Part shown: positions 45,179-54,703 of the stretch, in pieces
Layout of the letters: every line of letters starts with the position of its first letter
Numbering within the stretch: position 1 is the first letter of the stretch
Assembly (NCBI GenBank): GCA_041690395.1
Contig: JAWLHJ010000001.1
Location: 672,001-736,000, forward strand
Length of the DNA stretch: 64,000 nt
DNA from: Longimicrobiales bacterium
Lineage (GTDB): Bacteria > Gemmatimonadota > Gemmatimonadetes > Longimicrobiales > Gaopeijiaceae
Direction: 5' to 3'
Translations under genes and position numbers: made by a program
Notes under the pieces: model-generated
Told to the model about the DNA's origin: nothing
The model's database searches: none
The model's input: only the letters and a program-made list of their open reading frames with translations

Positions 45179-48100
45179 ATGCCCTCGCTTCCGATGTCCA
45201 CCGCGCTCCTCGGCGTGGTCCTCGCGACGGGCATGACGGCCGCCGCCGGGCCTTTGGCCGCGCAGCAGGCCGGCGAGACGTGGGACGTGACCGCGGCGCG
45301 CGGCCGGAGCTACACGGTCGACTTCACGACCGACGAGGGGACGTGGATGTCGCTGGACGTCTCGCCGGACGGCCGGTGGATCGTCTTCGACCTGCTCGGG
45401 CACGTGTACCGGGTCGCCTCCGACGGCGGGCAGGCCGAGTCGCTCACCCAGGCGAGCGGCGCCGCCGTCAACGTGCATCCCCGGTATTCTCCGGACGGCT
45501 CCCGCATCGTCTTCGTCTCCGACCGCGGGGGTCAGAGCAACCCGTGGGTCATGGGCGCGGACGGCTCCGACCCGAGGCCCGTCTTCCTCGACCTCGACAC
45601 CCGCGTGGTCGAGCCCACGTGGATGCCGGACGGCCGTCGGGTGGTGCTGCGCCAGCAGGCGTTGGCCGGGTCCACCCGGGGATCGGGGATCCACGTGTAC
45701 GACGTCCCGGATGCGCCTGGGCCGTCGACGGGTGACGCCGTCGGGCGCCCGAACGCCCCGGATCCGACCGACGTGACCGGTCGGCGGCTCCTTCCCCCCT
45801 CCGAGCGCGCCGCCTGGCCGAGCGTATCGAGCGGCGGGCGCTACCTGTACTACCACGTGTCCACGGGCGCGGCCGACATGCTCAAGGGGGCGTATCAGTT
45901 GCGGCGACTCGAGCTGGAGACGGGGCGGGTGTCCGAGATCACCACCGGAGTCGACCAGGCTCAGTACCGGGGGTCGAGCGGGAGCGCCATCGCCCCCGAG
46001 GTCTCGCCCGATGGTCGGTGGCTCGCGTTCGCTCGACGGATCCCCGACGGGACCATCTCCTGGCGCGGCCTGACGGTCGGCCCCAGGACGGCGCTCTTCC
46101 TGCGCGACCTGGAGTCGGGCACGGAGCGTATCCTCATGGATCCCATCGAGCTGGACATGGGCGAAGGGATCAAGACGCTGCGCGTGCTCCCCGGATACGC
46201 GTGGTCCGGGGACGGCCGCTCGATCGTGGTGACGCAGGGGGGGCGGATCCGGCGGGTCGACGTCGCGACCGGTGAGGTCGAGACCGTGCCGTTCAGCGCC
46301 CGCGTCGAGCGTGAGGTGTCGGAGCAGGCCCGTCCGGATTTCCGCCTCTCGGACGGGCCGGTCGAGGTGCGCTTCACCCGGTGGCAGGCGGCCTCTCCGG
46401 ACGGCTCGAGGCTCCTGTTCCAGGCGGTGGGCCGGCTCTGGGTGATGGACCTACCGGACGGCACGCCGCGTCGCTTGACGTCCGACGCCTTCGAGCCGCT
46501 CGAGTACTCCGGCGCCTGGTCGCCGGACGGCCGCTCGGTCGCCTTCACGTCGTGGGAAGACGAGGAGCGCGGCCACGTGTGGCGGGTGCGCGTGGACGGG
46601 TCGGGCGGAGCCGGCGGCGCCCCGGTCGGGGCCGCGCCGGAGCGACTGACCGGATCCGCGGGCGAGTACCTCAACCCGGTCTGGTCGCCCGACGGCGGGT
46701 CGCTGGTGGTGACCCGTGGATCCGGAGCCACGGCGCGTGGCCGCAGCTGGGCGAACAACCCGTGGTACGAGCTCGTCGCGCTGCCGCTCGACGGAGGTGA
46801 GCCCACGGTCGTCGCGCGGGCGAGCACCCGGCACGACGGGGGCGCGCAGGCGGGTGGCCGCAGGCAGATCGTGCGGGCCGCGTTCGGACCCGAGGGCCGG
46901 GTCTTCTATCCCGAGGAGGCACCGCCCGATTCCTCTGCGCGCCCGACCGCCTTCGTCTCCGTCCTGCCCGACGGCACGGACCGCCGCGAGCACATGCTGT
47001 TCCCCTACGCCGACGAGGTGGTACCCTCTCCCGATGGCGCCTGGGTCGCGTTCGCCGAGGGACTCAACGTCTACGTGGCCCCGATGAGCGGCGCGACGGT
47101 CGACGCCGCGCCCGGTGCCGGGCTCCCCACGGTCGACCGCCGCTCGACCGGGGTCCGGCCCGTGACGCTCGAGGGCGGCATCCACCCGCGCTGGACCGAT
47201 GCGGGCGTGCTGGAGGTGTCGAGCGGGCGGCGCCACCTGCGCTACGACCCGGCCACCGAGCGGACGGACACGTTCGACATCCGGCTCGAGGTGCCGCGGG
47301 CCATCGGACGCGGGACCGTGGCGCTGACGAACGCGCGGATCCTCCCGATGGACGGGGCCGACCCCATCGAGCGGGGCCACGTGGTGGTGCGCGACGGCCG
47401 GATCGCCTGTGTCGGCGCGTGCGAGACGGGCGGCGTGGACCGGGTCATCGACGCCACGGGCACCACCATCATCCCCGGCATCGTGGACCCTCACGCCCAC
47501 CATCACAGGGAGCATTCGGGCGTCCTGCCGCGCAAGAACTTCGAGGCGGCCGTCTATCTCGCCTACGGCGTGACGACCACCATGGACCCCATCGGCTGGT
47601 CGCCCGCGGTCTTCCCCGAAGCCGAGATGATCGAGGCGGGCGTCACCATCGGGCCGCGCGTCTTCAGCACGGGGGAGAACCTGTCCGGTGGGGACCGGGC
47701 GCGCTCGACCGAGCTCGCCACGTACCAGGACGCGCTGCACGAGATCAACCGCCTCGTGGACTGGGGTGCGGTCGCCGTGAAGCAGTACGGCCAGCCGCTC
47801 CGCGAGCAGCGTCAGTGGATCTCCGACATCGGCCGCGATCTCGGCGTGATGGTGACCGGAGAAGGGTCGGATCTGGCGTTCAACGTGAGCACGACGCTGG
47901 ACGGCCAGACCGGGTTCGAGCATCCGATGAGCTACGTGCCACTCTACGGAGACGCCGCGCGCTTCTTCGGCGAGACGCGCACGGTGTACTCGCCTACGCT
48001 GGTCGTGGGGGGCGCCTCGGCGTGGAACGAAGAGTACTTCTGGCAGGCCGAGGACCGGTGGACCGACGAGAAGCAGCGGCGCTGGCTCCCCTGGCGGCAC

Positions 48101-48574
48101 CTGGTGCCCCACACCCGCCGGCGGACGATGCGTCCAGAGACCGACTACACCTACCCGTTCATCGCCCTGGGGATGGCCGATGTGATCGCGAACGGCGGCT
48201 ACGGCGCGATCGGGTCGCACGGGCAGCATCACGGCATCGGCTCGCACTGGGAAATGTGGATGATCGCCTCGGCCATGTCGCCCATGGAGACGCTTGAGGT
48301 CGCCACCATGCACGGGGCGCGATTCCTTGGTATGGACCAGGACCTCGGCTCCCTCGAGCCGGGGAAGATCGGCGATCTCGTCGTGCTCGAGTCGAACCCC
48401 CTCGACGATATCCGCAACACCGCGGACATCCGCTGGGTCATGAAGGCCGGTACGCTCTACGAGGCGGATACACTCGACGAGCTCTGGCCGGTCGCGCGAC
48501 CGTACGGGGCGTATCCGTGGGTGGACGCCGAGATGCTGCGGACGGACGACCGGGCCATACGGCCGGGAGGTTGA
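45179..48574 (+). CDS. exported PD40/TolB-repeat amidohydrolase (copy 1)
   Basis: Signal peptide; DEGTWMSLDVSPDG and several SPDG repeats; IIPGIVDPHAH; GSHGQ; GSLEPGKIGDLVVL. Confidence 0.9.
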   Translation: MPSLPMSTALLGVVLATGMTAAAGPLAAQQAGETWDVTAARGRSYTVDFTTDEGTWMSLDVSPDGRWIVFDLLGHVYRVASDGGQAESLTQASGAAVNVHPRYSPDGSRIVFVSDRGGQSNPWVMGADGSDPRPVFLDLDTRVVEPTWMPDGRRVVLRQQALAGSTRGSGIHVYDVPDAPGPSTGDAVGRPNAPDPTDVTGRRLLPPSERAAWPSVSSGGRYLYYHVSTGAADMLKGAYQLRRLELETGRVSEITTGVDQAQYRGSSGSAIAPEVSPDGRWLAFARRIPDGTISWRGLTVGPRTALFLRDLESGTERILMDPIELDMGEGIKTLRVLPGYAWSGDGRSIVVTQGGRIRRVDVATGEVETVPFSARVEREVSEQARPDFRLSDGPVEVRFTRWQAASPDGSRLLFQAVGRLWVMDLPDGTPRRLTSDAFEPLEYSGAWSPDGRSVAFTSWEDEERGHVWRVRVDGSGGAGGAPVGAAPERLTGSAGEYLNPVWSPDGGSLVVTRGSGATARGRSWANNPWYELVALPLDGGEPTVVARASTRHDGGAQAGGRRQIVRAAFGPEGRVFYPEEAPPDSSARPTAFVSVLPDGTDRREHMLFPYADEVVPSPDGAWVAFAEGLNVYVAPMSGATVDAAPGAGLPTVDRRSTGVRPVTLEGGIHPRWTDAGVLEVSSGRRHLRYDPATERTDTFDIRLEVPRAIGRGTVALTNARILPMDGADPIERGHVVVRDGRIACVGACETGGVDRVIDATGTTIIPGIVDPHAHHHREHSGVLPRKNFEAAVYLAYGVTTTMDPIGWSPAVFPEAEMIEAGVTIGPRVFSTGENLSGGDRARSTELATYQDALHEINRLVDWGAVAVKQYGQPLREQRQWISDIGRDLGVMVTGEGSDLAFNVSTTLDGQTGFEHPMSYVPLYGDAARFFGETRTVYSPTLVVGGASAWNEEYFWQAEDRWTDEKQRRWLPWRHLVPHTRRRTMRPETDYTYPFIALGMADVIANGGYGAIGSHGQHHGIGSHWEMWMIASAMSPMETLEVATMHGARFLGMDQDLGSLEPGKIGDLVVLESNPLDDIRNTADIRWVMKAGTLYEADTLDELWPVARPYGAYPWVDAEMLRTDDRAIRPGG

Positions 48575-48655
48575 GCAGGACCCTCGTCCCCACTTTCGTG
48601 ACACGCTATAGTGCCGCCGTGGCGAGATCGTTCGTGAATCGAGACGGAGGCGAGG

Positions 48656-51600
48656 ATGATGGTGCGGAGCCTGGGGTGGTTGTCGGTCGTGACGGGTGTG
48701 GCGCTCGGCTTCTCGCCGCCGCTGCTCGACGCTCAGGAGCGGGGCGGGCGCGAAGGTGGCGGCGAGCAAGGAGGTCTCCCGCTCGAGGCCGGCCGCACGG
48801 TCCCCATCGATCTCACCGAGGGATCCTGGATCTCCGTCGACGTGAGCCCGGACGGCCGGACGCTCGTCTTCGACTACCTCGGCGACCTGTTCACGCTCCC
48901 GATCGAGGGCGGTGACGCCACCCAGCTCACCTCCGGGATGGCGTTCGACGCGCAGCCCCGCTTCTCGCCGGACGGGAGCGAAGTCGTGTTCACCTCCGAC
49001 CGCGACGGGGGTCAGAACATCTGGCGGCTGAGTCTCGACGGCTCCGATACCACCCGGGTATCCGGCGGCGAGGCGAACCGTGCAGAGGCTCCTGACTGGT
49101 CGCCCGACGGCCGCTACATCGTGGCGACGTTCGGCGAGGGCAACTTCCGTTTCGGTGGCAACCCCAACCTGCGGCTCTGGCATGTGGACGGCGGGTCCGG
49201 GGTGGATCTGTTCGAGGACGACGGGCTCCGGAAGGCGCTGGGTCCGACGTTCGGCCCGGACGGGCGCTGGATCTGGTTCGCCCAGCGGACCGGAGGCGGC
49301 GACTGGGACTACAACGCCCAGCTCCCGCTCTACGAGATCCGCGCCTACGACCGTGAGACCGGAGAGGTGCACGACCGGGTCGAGCGCTTCGGCAGCGCGC
49401 TCCGCCCGACGCTCTCCCCCGACGGCCGCTGGCTCGTATACGGCACCCGTCACGACGCCGAGACCGGACTGCGCATCCGGGACCTCGAGACCGGCGACGA
49501 GCGATGGCTGGCCTACCCGGTCCAGCACGACGACCAGGAGTCGCGCGGTACCCTCGACGTGCTGCCGGGGATGTCGTTCACGCCCGACTCACGGCATCTG
49601 GTGGCGAGCTACGGAGGGGGGATCTGGCGCATTCCCGTGGATGGCGGGTCGGCGGAGCCCATTCCCTTCCGGGTCCGCTTCGACCTCGCCATCGGGCCCG
49701 AGGTCGACTTCGACTATCCGATCGAGGACACGGAAACCTTCACCGCCCGCCAGATCCGTGATGCGGTCCCGTCGCCGGACGGTTCGCGGCTGGCCTTCAC
49801 CGTGCTCGACCGCCTCTACGTCTCGGACGTCGATGGCAGCGATCCGCGGCCGCTGGCCCCCATGCCCGGGGCGCAGCAGCACATGCCGACCTGGTCGCCC
49901 GACGGGCGCGACGTGGCCTTCGTCACGTGGGAGGGCGACGCAGGGCACCTGTACCGGGTCTCCGCGGATGGCGGGCAGCCGCAGAGGCTGTCCGACCGGC
50001 CGGCCTTCTACAGCCGGCCGGCCTGGGCGCCGTCCGGCGACAGGATCGTCGTGCTGAGGGGACACGCCCGGGCGTTCGTCGAGAACCCGGCGCAGGGAGC
50101 CGGGAGCGTGGACGACGAGCTCGTCTGGATCCCGTCCGGTGGCGGGCAGGCGACCGTGGTCATGCCGCTCGGCGACCGGAGCCTGCCCCACTTCACCGGA
50201 GACGGCGAGCGCATCCATCTCTTCCGCTCGCCCGACCAGCTGGTCTCGGTGCGGTGGGACGGGACGGACGAGAAGGCGCACGTCCGGGTTCGCGGAGAGC
50301 GCTCTCCGGGACAGGAGGACGCCCAGACGCCGTCCGCCATCGTCATGGCGCCGCAGGGCGATCAGGCGCTCGCGCACGTGCTGAACCACGTGTACACGGT
50401 CACCGTGCCCGAGGTGGGATCCGCACCGACCATCCAACTCGGAAATCCGGCGAACGCCGCCTTCCCGGCGCGTAAGCTGTCGGAGTTCGGCGGGGAGTTC
50501 CCGGCGTGGAGCGCCGACGGCCGCAGCGTCCACTGGTCCCTCGGCAACGCGCACTTCGTCTACGACCTCGACGCGGCCGAAGCATACGAGGACAGCGTCG
50601 AAGCCGCGGGCGGCCCGGAGGAGGCGGAGCCGGACGAGGAGGAAGAGGAAGAGGGCGACGAGACGAGCGAGGGCGACGGCTACCGGGCGTCCGAGGTACG
50701 CGTCGCCGTCCAGATCGCGCGCGACGTCCCTCGCGGCACGGTGGTGCTTCGGGGCGCACGGGTCATCACGATGCGTGACGACGAGGTCATCGAGAACGCC
50801 GACGTGGTGGTGCGGGACAACCGGATCGTGGCGGTCGGAGCGCAGGGCGACGTCTCCGTGCCGGACGACGCACGAGTCATCGACGTGTCCGGCCGCACCA
50901 TCGTGCCCGGCTTCGTCGACACGCACGCCCACCTGCGGCCGTCGTTCGACGTGCACCGCTCCGACGCGTGGCCCTACTTCGCGAACCTGGCCTACGGCGT
51001 GACCACCACGCGGGACCCGCAGACCAGCAGCACCGACGTGCTCACCTACGAAGACAGGGTGCGGGCCGGCGAGATCGTCGGCCCCAGGATCTACTCGACG
51101 GGCCCGGGCGTCTTCTTCCAGTTCAACATCGATTCGCTCGAGGAAGCCCGCGATCTCATGCGGCGCTACTCGGAGTACTTCGACACCAAGACGCTGAAGA
51201 TGTACGTGGCCGGCACACGCGAGCAGCGCCAATGGATCATCCAGGCGGCGCGCGAGCAGCGGATCATGCCGACCACCGAGGGCTCGCTGAACCTCAAGCA
51301 GAACCTCACCGAGACCATCGACGGGTATCCGGGGCTCGAGCATTCGATTCCGGTCTATCCGGTCTTCGCGGATTACGTGCGGCTCTTCGTGGAGAGCGGC
51401 CGCGTGTACACGCCCACCCTGCTCGTGTCGTACGGCGGACCCTGGGCGGAGAACTACTTCTACACGCGCGAGAATCCGCACGACGACGAAAAGCTCGCCC
51501 GCTTCACCCCGCACAGCGTTCTCGACCGGGCGACGCGCCGGCGGGGCGGGGGCGCCAGCCCCGGTCCGGCAGGGTGGTTCATGGACGAGGAGCACGTGTT

Positions 51601-52018
51601 CCAGGATCACGCGCGCTTCGTGGCCGACCTCGTCGAGGCCGGCGGCAAGGCGGGCGTCGGTAGCCACGGGCAGCTGCAGGGGCTGGGCTACCACTGGGAG
51701 TTGTGGGCCATGCAGTCGGGAGGCCTCGACGAGCACGACGCGCTGCGGGTGGCGACCATCTTCGGGGCCGAAGCCATCGGGCTCGACACGGATCTGGGCT
51801 CCATCGAGCCCGGCAAGCTGGCCGACCTCGTCGTGCTGGACCGCGATCCGCTGACGGACATCCGCAACACGAACACGGTCCGCTACGTGATGAAGAACGG
51901 ACGGCTCTACGAGGGCGACACGCTCGCCGAGATCCATCCAACCACGCGTGAGCTGCCGCGGATGTGGTGGTGGGGCGACGAGCCCGAGGGGGTGCCGGGG
52001 GTCGGGGGAGGGCGGTAG
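48656..52018 (+). CDS. exported PD40/TolB-repeat amidohydrolase (copy 2)
   Basis: GGAGG SD region; TEGSWISVDVSPDG; IVPGFVDTHAH; GSHGQLQGLG; GSIEPGKLADLVVL. Confidence 0.92.
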   Translation: MMVRSLGWLSVVTGVALGFSPPLLDAQERGGREGGGEQGGLPLEAGRTVPIDLTEGSWISVDVSPDGRTLVFDYLGDLFTLPIEGGDATQLTSGMAFDAQPRFSPDGSEVVFTSDRDGGQNIWRLSLDGSDTTRVSGGEANRAEAPDWSPDGRYIVATFGEGNFRFGGNPNLRLWHVDGGSGVDLFEDDGLRKALGPTFGPDGRWIWFAQRTGGGDWDYNAQLPLYEIRAYDRETGEVHDRVERFGSALRPTLSPDGRWLVYGTRHDAETGLRIRDLETGDERWLAYPVQHDDQESRGTLDVLPGMSFTPDSRHLVASYGGGIWRIPVDGGSAEPIPFRVRFDLAIGPEVDFDYPIEDTETFTARQIRDAVPSPDGSRLAFTVLDRLYVSDVDGSDPRPLAPMPGAQQHMPTWSPDGRDVAFVTWEGDAGHLYRVSADGGQPQRLSDRPAFYSRPAWAPSGDRIVVLRGHARAFVENPAQGAGSVDDELVWIPSGGGQATVVMPLGDRSLPHFTGDGERIHLFRSPDQLVSVRWDGTDEKAHVRVRGERSPGQEDAQTPSAIVMAPQGDQALAHVLNHVYTVTVPEVGSAPTIQLGNPANAAFPARKLSEFGGEFPAWSADGRSVHWSLGNAHFVYDLDAAEAYEDSVEAAGGPEEAEPDEEEEEEGDETSEGDGYRASEVRVAVQIARDVPRGTVVLRGARVITMRDDEVIENADVVVRDNRIVAVGAQGDVSVPDDARVIDVSGRTIVPGFVDTHAHLRPSFDVHRSDAWPYFANLAYGVTTTRDPQTSSTDVLTYEDRVRAGEIVGPRIYSTGPGVFFQFNIDSLEEARDLMRRYSEYFDTKTLKMYVAGTREQRQWIIQAAREQRIMPTTEGSLNLKQNLTETIDGYPGLEHSIPVYPVFADYVRLFVESGRVYTPTLLVSYGGPWAENYFYTRENPHDDEKLARFTPHSVLDRATRRRGGGASPGPAGWFMDEEHVFQDHARFVADLVEAGGKAGVGSHGQLQGLGYHWELWAMQSGGLDEHDALRVATIFGAEAIGLDTDLGSIEPGKLADLVVLDRDPLTDIRNTNTVRYVMKNGRLYEGDTLAEIHPTTRELPRMWWWGDEPEGVPGVGGGR

Positions 52019-52192
52019 AGGCGGCGGGCGGGGGGTGGCCCACTCGGTCTGCCTCATCGTAGTCTAACGGCTCAGCGTTGAGCACCCGCACTCGATGGAG
52101 ACCCCGTGGGCCCGTACCTTCACACCCCCTCCACCTCCGCTCGCGCGGTCGCTCCGGGCGCACCGCCTTCTGCGAGCGTCGCGGCGCGTTCC

Positions 52193-53269
52193 ATGAGTCC
52201 GGCGCGGCTCGCCGTGAGCGTCGCGCTGGTCACCGCGACACTCACCCTGCCCGGCGGCGCCTCGGCGCAGGAGCCTCTGGCGTGGGGCGGGCCCGAGTTG
52301 GAGTTCCACACCTTCTCGATCGTGGCCATCGACCCGCGGACCGGCGAGTCGGGCGTGGCCGTCACCACCCGTCGTCCATGCGTGGGGAACGCGGTTCCCT
52401 GGGCGCGGCCCGGCGTGGGCGCGGTCGCGACTCAGGGCGGGACACGCGTCGAGTACGGCCCCGACCTCCTCGGCCTGCTCGAGGAGGGTGTCGCTCCGCG
52501 GGAGGCCATGGACCGCGTGGTCGCCGCCGACGAGGGGCGCGAGCGTCGGCAGGTGGGCGTCATCGACATGCGGGGCCGGACCGCCCAGTGGACGGGCTCG
52601 GGCCAGTACGGGTCGGAGGAGCAGGGCGACTGGGTCGCGGAGCGGACGGGGATGAACTACGCGGTGCAGGGGAACTCGCTGGTGAGCGTCGAGGTCGTGG
52701 ACCGGGTCGCCGAGGCGTTCGAGGCCAGCGAGGGCACGCCGCGCCATCTGGCCGATCGGCTCATCGACGCCCTCTACGCCGGCCAGCTGCTGGGCGGCGA
52801 CGGCCGTCACGGTGACAGCCAGTCGGCCGCGGTGCTGGTGGCCGATCCCAGGGAGGGGATGTCCCGGCGGCCGGACGGCATCACCGTCGACATCAACGTG
52901 TGCGAGCACGACACGCCCGTCCGCGAAGTCCGCCGCATCTACGACGCCGTCTCGGAGACCCTCGGGTTCCGTGAGCTGCGCCAGTTCGCGGGGAACGACG
53001 TCCTCCAGCTCAAGGTCATCCTGCACGAGCTCGGCTACCTCCGGGCCGGTGCGGACGACCTCGACCTGACGGCGCCCGACGCGGCCGTCTACGGCCTGGA
53101 CGCCATCGAGGCAATCGACCGCTTCCGCGCCGACCAGGGATGGCAGACCAACGTCTCGGGATACGTGGACGCGCGCACCGTGGAGCGCATGTGGGCTCTA
53201 CTCGACGAGGCGGGTGAGGGCGACGCCGTGCGGGCCCGCCTGCTCGAGCTCGCACGCGTGTCCCGCTGA
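52193..53269 (+). CDS. DUF1028 (Ntn-hydrolase-like) protein with a C-terminal peptidoglycan-binding-like domain
   Basis: Signal peptide; HTFSIVAIDP.TGE.GVAV, GVGAVATQ, RQVGVID, VQGNSL, GGDGR...QSAA; C-terminal DVLQLKVILHELGY...AIDRFR...GYVDART. Confidence 0.85.
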   Translation: MSPARLAVSVALVTATLTLPGGASAQEPLAWGGPELEFHTFSIVAIDPRTGESGVAVTTRRPCVGNAVPWARPGVGAVATQGGTRVEYGPDLLGLLEEGVAPREAMDRVVAADEGRERRQVGVIDMRGRTAQWTGSGQYGSEEQGDWVAERTGMNYAVQGNSLVSVEVVDRVAEAFEASEGTPRHLADRLIDALYAGQLLGGDGRHGDSQSAAVLVADPREGMSRRPDGITVDINVCEHDTPVREVRRIYDAVSETLGFRELRQFAGNDVLQLKVILHELGYLRAGADDLDLTAPDAAVYGLDAIEAIDRFRADQGWQTNVSGYVDARTVERMWALLDEAGEGDAVRARLLELARVSR

Positions 53270-53277
53270 GTAGGCTC

Positions 53278-54090
53278 GTGGACGACGCCTCCAACCTCCC
53301 GGTGCAGCTCAACCGATCCGAGCTCGACCGCATCATCCGTCGGGCCGCCGAGCTCCAGTTCCAGGAGAGCTCCGGCGACGACGGTGGAACGCTGTCGGAG
53401 GACGAAGTCGTCAGGATCGGCAAGGAGGTCGGGCTCGAGGCATCGCATGTGAGACGGGCGCTCGGCGAGCTCCGGGCCGAGGCGATGGTCCCCGCGCTCC
53501 CGGCCGACGGCGGATACCTGCGGAGATGGGTGGGCCCGGCGCACGTCAGGGCAGAGCGGGTCGTCCCCGGCGACGCGGCCGAGGTGGAGGAGCGGGTGGT
53601 CCAATGGCTGTCGGGCGCGGAGAGCCTGCACCCCGTACGCCGTAGGGCGGGCGTCTCCTTGTGGGAGCCGGCGGAGGGGTTCGTGGCCCAACTCCAGCGC
53701 GGTCTGAAGTGGGGCGGCCAGCGCTACGAGCTGGCCCAGGCCAAGCAGGTGGAGCTATCCGTCCAGAGCCTGGAGGACGGGTACGCCCTGGTCACCCTCA
53801 CCGTGGACCTGACGAACCAGCGCCTGGAGCAGGGAGGCGGCGCCATCGGGGGCTTCGCCGCCGGTGGGGGAGTGCTGGGCTCGGTACTCACCGTGGCGGT
53901 GCTTTCCTTTCCGCCGGCGGCTGCGGTGGCCGCGGGGCTCGCGGGAGCCGCCGTGGGTGGGGCCGGTGGCGCGCTGGTCGGGCGATCCACGTACCAGCAG
54001 AAAGCGGAGCGTGTGCGGCTGGCCTCCGAAGGGTTGCTGGACCGTTTGGAGCGTGGGGAGCTGGTGAAACCGCCCAAGCGTCGGCTCTAG
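53278..54090 (+). CDS. hypothetical membrane protein
   Basis: ELDRIIRRAAELQ...LSEDEVVRIGKEVGL N-terminus; two Gly/Ala-rich C-terminal TM segments. Confidence 0.75.
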   Translation: MDDASNLPVQLNRSELDRIIRRAAELQFQESSGDDGGTLSEDEVVRIGKEVGLEASHVRRALGELRAEAMVPALPADGGYLRRWVGPAHVRAERVVPGDAAEVEERVVQWLSGAESLHPVRRRAGVSLWEPAEGFVAQLQRGLKWGGQRYELAQAKQVELSVQSLEDGYALVTLTVDLTNQRLEQGGGAIGGFAAGGGVLGSVLTVAVLSFPPAAAVAAGLAGAAVGGAGGALVGRSTYQQKAERVRLASEGLLDRLERGELVKPPKRRL

Positions 54091-54238
54091 CAACGCTCCG
54101 CACGGGTGTGGTGGCCTCGGCACCACCCTTGGGGCGCGCCCCCGCCCGTACCGTGGAGCAGGAGCTGCCCTGCGGGCTCGGACTTTCCCACCGCGGCGAC
54201 AACCCCGCAGTCGTGCTCGTCCTTTGGGGCCATGTCGG

Positions 54239-54328
54239 TTTTTCCGCCATATATGGCGTCAAGTCACTCAGGCGTCGGAGCGCCCTTCACTGGCGAGTGA
54301 TTTTTCCGCCGCATAGGGGGGTCAAGTC
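54239..54328. repeat. bipartite direct repeat TTTTTCCGCC-N9/10-GTCAAGTC, two copies
   Basis: Copies at 54239-54265 and 54301-54328; a third half-site TTTTTCCGC at 54620-54628. Confidence 0.7.
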
Positions 54329-54370
54329 GCCCGGCCACCATCGTCGGGGCACCGTTGTGCGGGTTGACGC

Positions 54371-54550
54371 CACCCCCCGCCCGCCGACGCGCCCCCCCGC
54401 CCGCCGCCGCGCCCGCCGCCGCGCCCCCCGCCCGCCGCCGCGCCCCCCCGCCCGCCGACGCGCCACCCCGCGCCTCGCGAAGGCATGGTCGCGCGTCCCC
54501 CGCCGCGCCCTCCTCGCGCATCTCGAAGGCATGGTCGCGCGCCCCCCGCC
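54371..54550. repeat. C-rich tandem repeats followed by a 27-bp direct repeat
   Basis: About 20-nt units C6-7GCCCGCCG(A/C)CGCG; CGAAGGCATGGTCGCGCG(T/C)CCCCCGCC at 54478-54504 and 54524-54550. Confidence 0.8.
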
Positions 54551-54703
54551 AGACCGTGGCGCGCGTCCCAGAAGGGCTGGCTGGTGGCTTGATCGCATGG
54601 CGTGGCCGATCGCGGTGGGTTTTTCCGCTTGAGGGGATGAGCGCGTTCTGCGTGCGCTCGGGCCCCGCGGGGCCAACAGCGATCCCCACACGGAAGCGCC
54701 CGA

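Noticed and set aside
54478..54550. Direct repeats considered as a mini CRISPR array
   Set aside because: Only two copies, a 19-nt gap, and no cas genes in the window.
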